This document shows positions 49,833 through 60,130 of a stretch of 64,000 nt of DNA, piece by piece. Within the stretch, counting starts at the first letter, position 1; the number at the start of each line of letters is the position of its first letter. This DNA is from Aureliella sp. (GTDB lineage Bacteria; Planctomycetota; Planctomycetia; Pirellulales; Pirellulaceae): assembly GCA_963691875.1 (NCBI GenBank), contig OY829846.1, forward strand, positions 4,576,001 through 4,640,000, written 5' to 3'. The translations under genes and the position numbers were made by a program. The notes beneath the pieces are model-generated. The model ran no database searches. It saw only the letters and a list, made by a program, of their open reading frames with translations, and had not been told where the DNA came from.

Positions 49833-50232
49833 CCAAAGACAGCGGGATCGACAAGCCTTTACTTTGGTAGAAGTTGTTGTCGGGTGCGTGCTGCTAGCGA
49901 CGTTGCTGGTCTCGACTTTTCTCGCCACAAGTCGGTATCGCAATCAGACCGCTCGGGCTCAGCGGCGTCAGCAGGCGGTATATCTGGCCGACAAGCTACT
50001 TGCTTCCTGGTGGAATTCTCAGAAAGGAATACCACTCGCAGAGAATGGGACTGTCGCAGATCCGGCACGATCCAACTCTCATATCCTGACATGGCAGACC
50101 TCGGTGGTTTCTTCCAGAAATGTACTGGGGGTCGTACATCCCGTCATTAGGCTGCAAGTGTTTGACCAGTTAGGGCGGAGCGAGCTCGTCGCAATCGAAG
50201 TTCTAGGTAGAGCTTCAGGAGGTGGACCATGA
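49822..50232 (+). CDS. minor pseudopilin, GspI-like
   Basis: AFTLVEVVV motif, with size and position consistent with GspI. Confidence 0.72.
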   Translation: MVDSQRQRDRQAFTLVEVVVGCVLLATLLVSTFLATSRYRNQTARAQRRQQAVYLADKLLASWWNSQKGIPLAENGTVADPARSNSHILTWQTSVVSSRNVLGVVHPVIRLQVFDQLGRSELVAIEVLGRASGGGP

Positions 50233-50810
50233 GTGAGTCGAGATTCCGCGCTAATTCGATTTCACGAGCTTGCGGTTTCACTTTGATCGAAGTGTTGGTG
50301 TCTACTGTAATCGGCGTGATCTTAGTCGTGGCGGTGTTGGGTGTATTGCGAAATCTTTTGCGCAATGAGAGCATGCCGCCACCTGCGATTAGCTCTATCC
50401 TCGCTGAGCAACTTCGGCATGACTTCAGCAACGCTAAATACTTCCGAAAGACCAGCCGCGGCGTCGAGATATTAGGCCCCGTCTCACGATCTGCCGCTGG
50501 GGATCTACTCTGGACGCCAGGTTCGGTTGCTTTTGAGGTTCGACGAGTCAATGAAGGTGAAACTGGCGTGCTTACCCGCCGTGATTCGTCGCCCAACGAG
50601 CGTGGGGCGGGAGAATTACTCTGGCTCGGTGTGGGTGGTGTTCAGGTTGATTCCTTTGTACTGGACGAAAGTGACTTGCCGATTTCGCCTCAAGCAAAAG
50701 CACAGGGTTGGCAACCATTGGCGTCTAGTTTCGAGCTGTCGCTTTTTGACGATCGGGGCAATCTCTGGCATCGCGAATCCATTGTGCGAAACGGAGTAGT
50801 CAGGCAGTGA
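50229..50810 (+). CDS. minor pseudopilin, GspJ-like
   Basis: GFTLIEVLV motif and ATGA coupling. Confidence 0.72.
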   Translation: MSESRFRANSISRACGFTLIEVLVSTVIGVILVVAVLGVLRNLLRNESMPPPAISSILAEQLRHDFSNAKYFRKTSRGVEILGPVSRSAAGDLLWTPGSVAFEVRRVNEGETGVLTRRDSSPNERGAGELLWLGVGGVQVDSFVLDESDLPISPQAKAQGWQPLASSFELSLFDDRGNLWHRESIVRNGVVRQ

Positions 50811-51697
50811 AACGAAACCAAAGAAAAGTTAGGTCTGGCTATGTGCTGGTGCTAGTGTTGGTAACCTTGATCCTGGCAGCGACTTGTCTCGTGCAGTTGG
50901 CGAGCCGTACAAGAGAGCGGCGGGTACAGGGAATCGACGCTGTCGAGTCGTTGCAAGAAAAGTGGGGCCAGTTAAGTTGTGAGAGAGCGACGCTTGGCCA
51001 AGCTGCCGCTCATTTTGAGCGCGTTGAGAAGAATACAATGCCAAGTGTGGATTCGCCTTTTCCATCTCAAGTACGTCAGAGTTTGGAATTTGGCGGAATG
51101 CGTTTTGACATGTTGGTCGCGGACGAGAACGCGAAAGCTAGCTTGAATCTAGTGTTAGAAGTCTCTGCTGAGAGTGACGAGGTTAAGACCGGGCGGAGGG
51201 AGATCGACGCAACCCTCAGGGCGTTGGTACCGCCGCGTTTCGTCACCGAGCTGCAGTTACGTCCGACACTTCCAAGCCAATATTGGGGGCAGATTTTCGA
51301 CTTGCAAGCGATTCAGCAGAGACACGATAGGGTACGAGTCTTGGCAGAGGCAACCCAGAGGATTTCCCTTACCGGCTTAGGTCCGCTAAACGTGCGGCGA
51401 GCGCAGAAAGACGTCATTCGGGCCGTTGCAGCCAGCGTCGTTCCGGAAGGCCAAGCAGATCGCATTGTAGAAACACTAGCCGAGACGCCCAACTCTGATG
51501 TTGAAATCGTGCTTCGGCGGACGATAAAGGATAAGGCGGAGCGAGAAATGCTAGCCTTATTGCTAAGCGATCGATCGGCGAACTTCTCGGTTTGGACCGA
51601 GGTGTGGGCGAGTGGAACTCCAAGATCTTTGAGTTTTCGCGAGCGGTATGTGGATTCCGAGGGAGAAGTGCGAACTGGTCGCTTTCTTCTACACTGA
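50807..51697 (+). CDS. minor pseudopilin, GspK-like
   Basis: GYVLVLVL (no Glu5), DENAK..LN and PLNV..A...V..A motifs. Confidence 0.75.
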   Translation: MKRNQRKVRSGYVLVLVLVTLILAATCLVQLASRTRERRVQGIDAVESLQEKWGQLSCERATLGQAAAHFERVEKNTMPSVDSPFPSQVRQSLEFGGMRFDMLVADENAKASLNLVLEVSAESDEVKTGRREIDATLRALVPPRFVTELQLRPTLPSQYWGQIFDLQAIQQRHDRVRVLAEATQRISLTGLGPLNVRRAQKDVIRAVAASVVPEGQADRIVETLAETPNSDVEIVLRRTIKDKAEREMLALLLSDRSANFSVWTEVWASGTPRSLSFRERYVDSEGEVRTGRFLLH

Positions 51698-51729
51698 GTT
51701 CTCGCATAAGTATTTGTAAGTCAATTCTG

Positions 51730-52446
51730 GTGCAGTATCAGGCAAAAAAACAGGTTTTGACGAGCGGGATATTCGTTCTCTCAGCAAGCGCGATCGCGGT
51801 GCTGGTCTGGTCGCTTGTTTGGCCGGTTCCTGACTGGAAAACACAGGCCAACGAGAAGCTGACAAACTGGAATTTCAGCCAAGCAGAGGGGGCGGGAGAG
51901 GGTGGCAGTTCTTCACCTCGCCAGCGCGAAGCAGAACAAGTCGACTGGTCGCGGCGCCTTCGCTGGCCCAAGAAACCAGGGGCGCAGAACGACGTTCCGA
52001 CTAAACCAGAGCCGGTGATGCCAGCACAATCGTCTCGCTTTAAACTCTTGGGCACGATCATCGAAAAAGGGCATTCCTTCGCGATGATTCAGGATCAGAC
52101 CGGGAACGTGGATTTACAACCCGAGGGCGGTGTCTTGCAGCTATCTCCGAAAGGCACAACTATAGCGGAGGTCAAATCGAAGTCCGTGGTGCTGGTGAAG
52201 AACAATCGACGCACCGAATTACGGATGACTGTGCGAACGATTCCAGCCATTGAAACTGAAGAAGGACGAGCTGTTGCAGCGATGGCTGAGGAAGATATCG
52301 ACGCGATGAGTGAAGAGCCCATTTTCAACAGTCTCGCAGAAGAGTTGGATTGGCTGAATGGGGACGATTTCGAACTGGATGACTTCAATGATTCCAGTGA
52401 GAAGGAATCATCACTCGCACCTAAGCAAGAAGGTGGAAGTCGTTGA
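51730..52446 (+). CDS. GspC-like protein (TM + HR domain, acidic tail, no PDZ)
   Basis: TM helix, then FKLLGTII....FAMI...TIAEV....VVL. The start is inferred. Confidence 0.55.
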   Translation: MQYQAKKQVLTSGIFVLSASAIAVLVWSLVWPVPDWKTQANEKLTNWNFSQAEGAGEGGSSSPRQREAEQVDWSRRLRWPKKPGAQNDVPTKPEPVMPAQSSRFKLLGTIIEKGHSFAMIQDQTGNVDLQPEGGVLQLSPKGTTIAEVKSKSVVLVKNNRRTELRMTVRTIPAIETEEGRAVAAMAEEDIDAMSEEPIFNSLAEELDWLNGDDFELDDFNDSSEKESSLAPKQEGGSR

Positions 52447-53744
52447 TGGCTGGTGCTCCAGTTTTGTTGTTGGCGAGTGACTCCGAGTGGAAGTTGGTTG
52501 CACCTGACGGAAACTCGCGGGTCGTCGGGGAGACTGCTGAAAGCCCGGAGGCTGTTCTCGCCAGAGTCCTCGAAGCTTCCTCGAGCAGCCTTCGCCTTGG
52601 TTTGCTTTTAGAGGCGAGCCAAGTTCTGCACACTTGTTTTCCTAGTTCTGAGTTGGGGCAGGTTACGGAGAAGTCGATTGCGTTCCGAGTCGAAGCAGAC
52701 TTACCACTCAGTGCGGAAGAGATATGGACTGATCATGTCTTGGTAGGTGAGCAAGTATCGGCATTTGCGATTGAAGGTCGGGTTTTTTCTAAGTGGCTGG
52801 ATGCTTGCGAAACTCTTTCCGTCGAGTCGCGACGCATTGAATTGAGTAGCTTGGTACCTGTGAGCCTAGCGCAGGTGCAATCGTTGGTAGACTCGCGAGC
52901 CGTTCCGCAAGCCTGCAAGTTGCTTTTGGTCGGTCGTGATCGTTCAGAGTTGTTCAGGCTATCAAATGGCAAGCCAGGGCAGTGGCGGCTTGTGCAGAAC
53001 GGTGCAACAGAAGCCGAGTGGCAATTGACTCTAAGGGAGAGTGATGGCTCATCGTCGAAATCGCTTTATTGTATTGGTGATGCTGAAGCTTTTGCGGATT
53101 TGGCATTTCCTGAATCTACCGACGCCCGTTGGATTGAGGGAGAGCCGCAGGCGATGGCTGTGGGACTTGGACACGAGTTTCTCACGCGACGCAAAGAGCC
53201 TTGGATTGATTTTACTCGCGACGTTGATTTTGGTGACAACGCACGCGCCGGAGCGCAGCTCGCTCGTCAATGGTTGCTGGTTGCCAGTGTCTTCTTTCTT
53301 TTGCTCTCAGGTTGTTTTTTGTTGCGAGCTAGTCTGCTGAATTGGGCGATTCGCCAAGTGCAGCAAGAGCGGGCATCCGTTTTTATCTCTACTTTCCCAG
53401 GGCAGCGACAGCCAACAGCAGTTCTGAAACGCTTCCGCAGCGAGTGGGCCAAGGTGCAAGGCGCTCGTGATACGCAGTCGAATGATTTGACTCCGCCGCA
53501 ACAGGCAGTTCTAGATCTCGGGGAGTTGCTAGCTACATTGCCTACCGATGTACCCTTTTCTGTGTCTGAATTCCGTATCGAGAACGGAAGTGTCTATCTC
53601 GATCTGGAGATTCGGCAACACGAAGATGCTGGGTTGATTGTGGAAGCGATGGATTCGGAGGGTTGGAGCTTTGAACCGCCCAGCACTGATGCTGTAGATG
53701 GAAAAATCGTCGCTTTGATTCGTGGCCAGCGGAGGGTGAGATGA
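52446..53744 (+). CDS. GspL-like protein
   Basis: IAFRVEADLPLSAEE..D cytoplasmic domain, a TM helix, F...FPG and a C-terminal ferredoxin-like region. Confidence 0.7.
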   Translation: MAGAPVLLLASDSEWKLVAPDGNSRVVGETAESPEAVLARVLEASSSSLRLGLLLEASQVLHTCFPSSELGQVTEKSIAFRVEADLPLSAEEIWTDHVLVGEQVSAFAIEGRVFSKWLDACETLSVESRRIELSSLVPVSLAQVQSLVDSRAVPQACKLLLVGRDRSELFRLSNGKPGQWRLVQNGATEAEWQLTLRESDGSSSKSLYCIGDAEAFADLAFPESTDARWIEGEPQAMAVGLGHEFLTRRKEPWIDFTRDVDFGDNARAGAQLARQWLLVASVFFLLLSGCFLLRASLLNWAIRQVQQERASVFISTFPGQRQPTAVLKRFRSEWAKVQGARDTQSNDLTPPQQAVLDLGELLATLPTDVPFSVSEFRIENGSVYLDLEIRQHEDAGLIVEAMDSEGWSFEPPSTDAVDGKIVALIRGQRRVR

Positions 53745-54280
53745 TGCTGGAGACGACGAACTCAAAACCATCGCGAAGCTGGCTATGGGCAGCACTATTT
53801 TTGACTTCCCTGCTAACGCTATGGTGGAGTGTTTCCGAATATCGGAGTAAAGCTCGGCAAATCGAACAGGAAATGGCTAGCTTGCAAGAATGCCACGAAC
53901 TGGCCACCAAAATCGCAACGTGGAATCTTCGGCCGACTGTCGCTACACTGGATGTGACTTCACCTCAAAAACTCACACAGCAGATCACTTCTTGCGTCAG
54001 GACGGCCACCATACCCAAGTCGTCTCTTCTGTCCATTTCTCCCGGCGAACCATCGCAGATCAGCGGGAGGGACTATCGCCAACGCATTACTGCGGTTCGT
54101 CTGGGAGGTGTGACTCTGGCCAATCTGGCGAAGCTGCAGCAGGCATTTGATGCGGGAGAGGGGCTCTATATACGCGATGTTCGCTTAACGGTTGCTGATT
54201 CCAATGCGAGCAATGACGCAGAGCGCTGGGATGCTTTGTTGACCTTGACGCAGCTTATCTATTCGCCGAAAAGCCAGTGA
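53741..54280 (+). CDS. GspM-like protein
   Basis: N-terminal TM helix, coiled coil and V.L.GVTL..L. Located directly after the gspL-like gene. Confidence 0.65.
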   Translation: MMLETTNSKPSRSWLWAALFLTSLLTLWWSVSEYRSKARQIEQEMASLQECHELATKIATWNLRPTVATLDVTSPQKLTQQITSCVRTATIPKSSLLSISPGEPSQISGRDYRQRITAVRLGGVTLANLAKLQQAFDAGEGLYIRDVRLTVADSNASNDAERWDALLTLTQLIYSPKSQ

Positions 54281-54355
54281 GCTTATTTCTGCGCGTGTAC
54301 GCCTGAGAGGGTTTCTTGGGGGATTATCGCGCGCTGATCAGCAAATGCATGTGCC

Positions 54356-55162
54356 ATGCGGTTGTCGGCAGCAAGCGAAAAATCCACGCAGCAACCGCGT
54401 TGGTTGCTGCGCGGTGCAGTTTGCTTGATTCTGGCTTTGGTGCTGTTCGGCTCCGGCTGCCGATTGACCCCAGACGGCAACGTCGTCCAAGTGGAGCTGG
54501 CCGACGTCATCGGCTCTGGCCAAGTTCACTACCACCAAGCGATGCAGGCTTATCGCAAGGGTGATGTGGAGCGCGCGATCAGGCTCTTCGAGAAAACGCT
54601 TCGCGGGAATCATATGCATGCATCAGCACATAATAATTTGGGGCTTGCGCTCTACGAGCGGCGTCAGCTTGCAGCGGCTGCGGAGCACTTTCAATTCGCG
54701 ATTGAGCTGAGACCCGAAGATCCAAAGCCGATCAACAACTTGGGGATGGCCTTGGAAGCCGGCGGGCGTGTTCACGAAGCCATTGAGCTGTACAGTGAAG
54801 CCGTGGCTATGAATCCAAATAGTCCTTTGTATCTAGGGAATTTGTTGCGAGCACGTGTTCGATTGGGTGAGCAGTCCCCTGAGCTCCTTGATGACTTGCA
54901 GTACTTGGCCTTTATCGAAACTCGTCCTGACTGGGTGGAGTGGGTCGATGAAGTGCTGGCCTTGCATCTGAACCCTGCTTTAGATCGCGGCCCTAAGGTC
55001 GAAGAAAACCCTCTTCAGTCAGAGAACCGAGACACTCTAGCACCCGTGGTTACCATGGAAGAAATACAGGGTGAAATCATCGAAGCCCCGGCTCAGGGCG
55101 ATTCAGCTACTCCAGCAGAAATCTGGCAACAGCTCCAGGCAGAATTACCGTCACCCGGGTAG
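54356..55162 (+). CDS. TPR lipoprotein (PilF/pilotin-like candidate)
   Basis: Lipobox-like FGSGC, AHNNLG and INNLG TPR motifs. Last gene of the gsp cluster. Confidence 0.75.
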   Translation: MRLSAASEKSTQQPRWLLRGAVCLILALVLFGSGCRLTPDGNVVQVELADVIGSGQVHYHQAMQAYRKGDVERAIRLFEKTLRGNHMHASAHNNLGLALYERRQLAAAAEHFQFAIELRPEDPKPINNLGMALEAGGRVHEAIELYSEAVAMNPNSPLYLGNLLRARVRLGEQSPELLDDLQYLAFIETRPDWVEWVDEVLALHLNPALDRGPKVEENPLQSENRDTLAPVVTMEEIQGEIIEAPAQGDSATPAEIWQQLQAELPSPG

Positions 55163-55317
55163 TTGTATACGCAAAGTTAGCTTTCTACTGAATACGGTTC
55201 CGACGAATACTCCGTGCAATTTTGCAGACTAAATTGCATCGCCGGATTAAACTAGTGGACTCGTCTTCTCAGCTCTACTTGACAGGCTCCCCGATTCTCA
55301 AGCGATGGGGAAACGGT

Positions 55318-55995
55318 ATGAACAAGAATTGCTCCTACGGCTTACTGCTCTGTACCCTGATTGCTGGACCTGTGAATGCAGCGATCGTTACCTACACGGA
55401 TCCCACGGCATTCAATGCGGCAATTTCTGGGCGTAGTAATTCCACTCTTGATTTTGATTCTGCCGCGGCTGGTACCACGATTGCAAACGGCGGATCGTTG
55501 GGCGGCCTTTCTTTTGTCTACGATTGGGGCAACGGAGAACAATTAGAAATTAACAATGATAACTCTACGAACTCTGGTTCGAACTACCTGGGTGCCTCCA
55601 GTGCAGGTGGTGGAGTAGATTTCGTTGCAGATGGAAACAACTTTACCATCACGCCTGATAGCTCGGCTAGCGCGTTAGGGTTGTATGTAATCACGGCGAT
55701 TGAAGCCTTGGATGGAGACCTGCGGCTAGTCAGTGGGGCCAATCGAGTCGAGTTAGTTCGTCCGTCGCTTGGAACTTTGGCGGACGGCTCGCACGTTTAT
55801 TTTCTAGGAATGGTTGCTGCCGAGTCGCAGACAGTTGGTTCATTGACGCTGGAAGGTGATCAATTTGCATTCGGCTTGAACTATCGAGTTGACGGAATTC
55901 AGTTCTCTGCACAACAAGGTGTACCTGAGCCGGGCAGTTTCCTTGTGGTGCTAGGGGTAGGTGCAACCATCTTTCGACGTCGTCGCCATCGCTAA
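55318..55995 (+). CDS. PEP-CTERM surface protein
   Basis: Signal peptide ending VNA and a C-terminal VPEPGS + TM helix + RRRRHR. Confidence 0.85.
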   Translation: MNKNCSYGLLLCTLIAGPVNAAIVTYTDPTAFNAAISGRSNSTLDFDSAAAGTTIANGGSLGGLSFVYDWGNGEQLEINNDNSTNSGSNYLGASSAGGGVDFVADGNNFTITPDSSASALGLYVITAIEALDGDLRLVSGANRVELVRPSLGTLADGSHVYFLGMVAAESQTVGSLTLEGDQFAFGLNYRVDGIQFSAQQGVPEPGSFLVVLGVGATIFRRRRHR

Positions 55996-56031
55996 GAGTT
56001 CTGGCAGATCCTTATATCAGAACTCGTTTTC
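55996..56031 (+). terminator. probable intrinsic terminator
   Basis: GAGTTCTG...CAGAACTC stem followed by GTTTTC, right after the stop codon. Confidence 0.5.
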
Positions 56032-56139
56032 TCTGTTGTGGAACTCGTCAAGAGGTTCGGAATGGCCACCTTCCCTACGTGCAAGATGCCATGCCACTTT
56101 CTCACTCGGAATGGCCGTCGGAGAAGCCCATGCGGCTTC

Positions 56140-56868
56140 CTAACCCGTTGATGCGTCAGCGTCCTGGATAAACGTTTTCCAGCTCGCGTACTTTGGATCG
56201 TCAAGCGGAATTAACATTGCGGGATTACTTCGCGGCTTCGCTGGCTTAGACAAGAGTTTCATGCCAGCTTGGGCCGGATTGCGGCCGCCTTTCTTGGAAT
56301 TGCATGCCAAGCAGCAGCAGACGATGTTCTCCCACGTTGTCTTTCCACCGTGAGCTCGTGGAATTACGTGATCTAGACTGAGCTGGCTCATCGGCCGCTT
56401 TTGACCGCAGTACTGGCATTTGTGATCGTCACGAGCAAAGACACTCTTGCGATTGAAACGCACAGAAGTCTTCGGCAACTTGTCGTAACGAGTTAAGCGG
56501 ATGATACGAGGTACTTGAATCTCGAAACCAACTGCTTGCAGATAATCTTCTTCGGGCTGTTTTTCCAGTGCCAAAATTTGACTGACTTCGCACCATGCAT
56601 CGAAGTCGTAATTCATGTAGGAGCCATCTTCGATCGATATGACCTCGGCACATTCACGATAGAGCAAGGTCATCGCGCGTCGCACGTTGACAACTCGAAT
56701 GGCCATGTAAAATCGATTGAGAACAAGAACGCTGCAGCCCAGCGAGGAACTTAAGGGAGAACCAGATTCTGAATCTTCGGACGAACCGGCTCTCGAAGCG
56801 TCGTGGGATCGTCCACGACGCTTTTTGGGGGTAGGACCACAAGTAGAATCCATAGTCGAACTGGGCAT
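56140..56868 (-). CDS. HNH endonuclease (McrA-like, stand-alone)
   Basis: VLVLN..Y, VFARD.H.CQYCG, DHVIPR..GG.T.WEN.V.CC..CN..KG. GAGGT precedes ATG 56868. Confidence 0.9.
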   Translation of the reverse strand: MPSSTMDSTCGPTPKKRRGRSHDASRAGSSEDSESGSPLSSSLGCSVLVLNRFYMAIRVVNVRRAMTLLYRECAEVISIEDGSYMNYDFDAWCEVSQILALEKQPEEDYLQAVGFEIQVPRIIRLTRYDKLPKTSVRFNRKSVFARDDHKCQYCGQKRPMSQLSLDHVIPRAHGGKTTWENIVCCCLACNSKKGGRNPAQAGMKLLSKPAKPRSNPAMLIPLDDPKYASWKTFIQDADASTG

Positions 56869-57157
56869 AGCACCTCTCGCCTGAAATCTCATCCTTGCGA
56901 AGCCAAAATGCCCAACGACAATTATCATAGAGCTGCATGGCGGTCTCATCATTGTAGACATTACCGAATTCAGAAACCACGTTGCGAAATGCTGAGCCTC
57001 CTTTTTGACCTTGTTTCCATTAACTTCGTGTTAAGCTTTTTCGGAGCGAGCACTACGAAAGCTGGTTTTTTGCCGTGGATTCCTGGTTTGGTTGGCTGAG
57101 ACTTCTTGCGGTTTCAGCAGCCAAATAGACGTTCTTTTCCCAGAATCGATTTTTCAC

Positions 57158-58537
57158 ATGCCACCCAACAAAGCGTACGGAAGCCGCGCCGCAATACGTC
57201 ACCACGCAAAGTCGTACTCACGCAGCGGAGGGCAAAGTCGACGAGGTGGCAAGAGAGCAAATGAAAGCGGCGGAAAACGACTGCCTGCTACGTTGCCGTT
57301 GGCTCTGGATGGCTCTGAGTCCCTGCCCGAAGTAGTGATCGGCAAATCGACTTCACATCCCAACATCTTTCGTAAACGCATTAAGAGTATCTCAGGCAAA
57401 GTCCAAGTCGGTAATTGGGTAAGCGTGGTTGTCGAGTCGGAGTCAGAGGAAAACGGTGAGCTAGAGAGAAAGCAGCTGGGGTTTGGTTGGTATAATCCTA
57501 AGTCTGAGATCGCTGTTCGAATGGTGCGGTGGTCGGCTGACATCCCAGATCAGGACTTCTGGAAAGCTCGTATGGAACGCGCTGTTAGTCTGCGTGTCAA
57601 CGAATTGTTTTTGGACGAGCGCACCAATTGCTATCGACTGATTCACGCGGAGGCAGACGGCGCGCCCGGCCTCGTTGTCGATCGTTACGGAGATTGTCTC
57701 AGTGCGGAAGTTTTCAGCGCTGCTGTCGCGCCGCGCGTACCGCAGATTCTAGAGTTGCTTTCTGAGAGGCTGGGAACGAAGCACTGGCTGATTCAGCCTG
57801 GCCCGCACTTGCAGCCGCAAGAGGGGTTTGATTTTCGCGCAAGTAGCAGTGCTGAGCTTCCCAAGCAGATTCAAGTCCACGAAGGCGACGTTCGTTTCGA
57901 AGTCCGATTTGCAAACTCGCATAAAACGGGATTCTTTTGCGATCAGCGTGACAATCGAGAGAAGCTGACGCAATTCTGTGCTGGCAAATCCGTCCTGGAT
58001 CTTTGTTGCTACACTGGCGGTTTTTCTGTGAGTGCAGCCAAGGCTGGAAAAGCAGCAGCGGTCACTGGAGTCGACTTGGATGCGGCACCGCTAGAGACGG
58101 CCAAACGCAATGCGCGAATTAACCAAGTACAGGTGAAATACACCCAGGCCGACGCCTTCGCCTACATGCGCGATATGCTGCGTGGCAGAAAAGAGTTCGA
58201 TGTGGTGGTGCTGGATCCGCCGAAACTCATTCGAAATCGTTCAGAGCTCGACGAGGGAACAAGAAAGCACTTTGATTTGAACCGTCTCGCGATGCAACTC
58301 GTTCGCCCTGGCGGAATGCTGCTGACTTGCTCTTGCGCAGGCTTGCTACAGACTCAAGATTTCACGCGTGTGGTTCGTGCAGCGGCAAGATCTGCTTTTC
58401 AGCCAACCGATTTCAATCCCAATCCGACTCCAAGGGATATGCAGATTTTGGCTCATTCAGGCGCTGCGGCCTGCCATCCAGTGTCGGCCAATTGTCCCGA
58501 GACTGAGTATTTGAAAGCGATGTGGCTACGTTTGTAA
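57158..58537 (+). CDS. rlmI: class I SAM-dependent rRNA methyltransferase, RlmI-like
   Basis: YRLIHAEADG.PGL.VDRY, HKTGFF.DQRDNR, VLDLCCYTGGF, FDVVVLDPP, TCSC and ETEYLK. Confidence 0.8.
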   Translation: MPPNKAYGSRAAIRHHAKSYSRSGGQSRRGGKRANESGGKRLPATLPLALDGSESLPEVVIGKSTSHPNIFRKRIKSISGKVQVGNWVSVVVESESEENGELERKQLGFGWYNPKSEIAVRMVRWSADIPDQDFWKARMERAVSLRVNELFLDERTNCYRLIHAEADGAPGLVVDRYGDCLSAEVFSAAVAPRVPQILELLSERLGTKHWLIQPGPHLQPQEGFDFRASSSAELPKQIQVHEGDVRFEVRFANSHKTGFFCDQRDNREKLTQFCAGKSVLDLCCYTGGFSVSAAKAGKAAAVTGVDLDAAPLETAKRNARINQVQVKYTQADAFAYMRDMLRGRKEFDVVVLDPPKLIRNRSELDEGTRKHFDLNRLAMQLVRPGGMLLTCSCAGLLQTQDFTRVVRAAARSAFQPTDFNPNPTPRDMQILAHSGAAACHPVSANCPETEYLKAMWLRL

Positions 58538-58737
58538 GCTGAAACCAGCGCTGTCGTCCATTGTTGCCTTGACCAGTTCTCTTGCGGTACTGAAAATTCC
58601 TAATTAGCGTCGTTTAACGACCACCCTTTCTTTGGAACGACCAGCCATCGCCGCCGTCTCACTTTGGTATTCTCTTTCGCCAGATCAGCGGCCGAAGCGT
58701 TAAAAGTAAGACACGAACCCAGCTGCCAGAAATCGAT

Positions 58738-59958
58738 ATGAGCATTGCAGATACCTCCCTGACCGCTTCCCAGCTGCCCGACAATCGTGGGCGATTCGGA
58801 GATTTTGGTGGTCGTTACGTGCCAGAAACTTTGACTCGAGCTCTCGATGAGTTGTCGGCGGAGTACGAATCTGCGAAGAAGGATCCCAAATTTCAACAAG
58901 ATCTGGACGAGCTTCTGCGAACTTTTGTCGGCAGAGCATCGCCGCTTTACCATGCCAAGCGATTGTCAGAGATGGCTGGTGGCGCACAGATCTGGTTCAA
59001 ACGCGAAGACCTGAATCACACAGGTGCTCACAAGATCAACAACACTCTGGGGCAAGGCTTGCTAACGCTGCGGATGGGCAAGAAACGCGTCATCGCGGAG
59101 ACGGGAGCTGGGCAGCATGGAGTTGCATCGGCGACAGCCTGTGCACACTTTGGGCTGCCTTGCGTAGTTTACATGGGGGCCGAGGACGTGCGCCGCCAAA
59201 AGCCCAACGTGTTCAGTATGAAACTCATGGGGGCAGAAGTGCGTCCAGTTGAGAGTGGCTCCAAGACGCTGCGGGATGCCGTCAACGAAGCGATGCGGGA
59301 TTGGATGGCTTCTGTCGAGAACACGCACTACATTATTGGCTCTGTAATCGGACCACATCCATTTCCCATGATGGTGCGAGACTTTCAGTCAGTCATTGGC
59401 CGCGAAGCAAGACAGCAGAGCTTGGAAGTATTTGAGCGTCTACCAGACACTGTCGTGGCTTGCGTTGGTGGTGGTTCAAATGCCGCCGGCATGTTCTACC
59501 CTTTTATCGAAAATACGGAAGTCAAGTTGGTAGGTGTTGAAGCCGGTGGGCTATCTGCAGAGCCAGGGCAAAACGCTTCCCCACTGACGCACGGTGAACC
59601 AGGCGTGCTGCATGGTAGCTTTAGCTATGTGATGCAAGATGAAGATGGGCAAACGTCTCCAGTGCATAGCGTTTCTGCTGGTTTGGATTATCCCGGTGTT
59701 GGGCCGGAGCACAGTTTCTGGAAGGACGCCGAGCGAGTCGAATACACTGAATGCCAGGATGGAGCGGCACTCGAGACCTTTGACAAAGTCGCTCGAACGG
59801 AAGGTATTCTGCCTGCACTTGAGTCTTCGCATGCAGTAGCGAAAGCGATTGAAATTGCTGGAACGATGCAGTCTGACCAGATTGTGCTTGTGTGCCTCAG
59901 TGGTCGTGGTGACAAAGATGCTGCTGAAATCGCTCGCTTGCGCGGACAGGATTACTGA
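58738..59958 (+). CDS. trpB: tryptophan synthase beta subunit
   Basis: [45 protein letters not shown] and SGRGDKD. Confidence 0.98.
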   Translation: MSIADTSLTASQLPDNRGRFGDFGGRYVPETLTRALDELSAEYESAKKDPKFQQDLDELLRTFVGRASPLYHAKRLSEMAGGAQIWFKREDLNHTGAHKINNTLGQGLLTLRMGKKRVIAETGAGQHGVASATACAHFGLPCVVYMGAEDVRRQKPNVFSMKLMGAEVRPVESGSKTLRDAVNEAMRDWMASVENTHYIIGSVIGPHPFPMMVRDFQSVIGREARQQSLEVFERLPDTVVACVGGGSNAAGMFYPFIENTEVKLVGVEAGGLSAEPGQNASPLTHGEPGVLHGSFSYVMQDEDGQTSPVHSVSAGLDYPGVGPEHSFWKDAERVEYTECQDGAALETFDKVARTEGILPALESSHAVAKAIEIAGTMQSDQIVLVCLSGRGDKDAAEIARLRGQDY

Positions 59959-59961
59959 AAA

Positions 59962-59984
59962 GTGGCAGAGGCTTCCAGCCTGTG
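59962..59984. repeat. degenerate REP-like short palindromic repeat
   Basis: GTGGCAGAGGCTTCCAGCCTGTG immediately after the trpB stop, a reverse-orientation relative of the 11259 and 60994 copies. Confidence 0.4.
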
Positions 59985-60130
59985 GGCGGCTCGAAAGAAA
60001 TTTGTCCAATGACAAGTAGGATGCTTATCCCATCGCCGCAAGTCTTCATGACTTCCGCTACGGGATACAATGAACAACGAGATGGCGGCTGAGACCTGCC
60101 TAGAGAAATAACTGACTGCAAAGATTGCCA

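Noticed and set aside
56140..56868. HNH gene as IscB/Cas9-like or part of a mobile or defence element
   Set aside because: It has no RuvC motifs, no CRISPR repeats, no obvious structured RNA, and no terminal repeats or cognate DNA methylase. It fits the common stand-alone McrA-like HNH family.
58538..58737. trp attenuator or leader peptide upstream of trpB
   Set aside because: No Trp-rich short ORF or clear terminator/antiterminator pair was seen.
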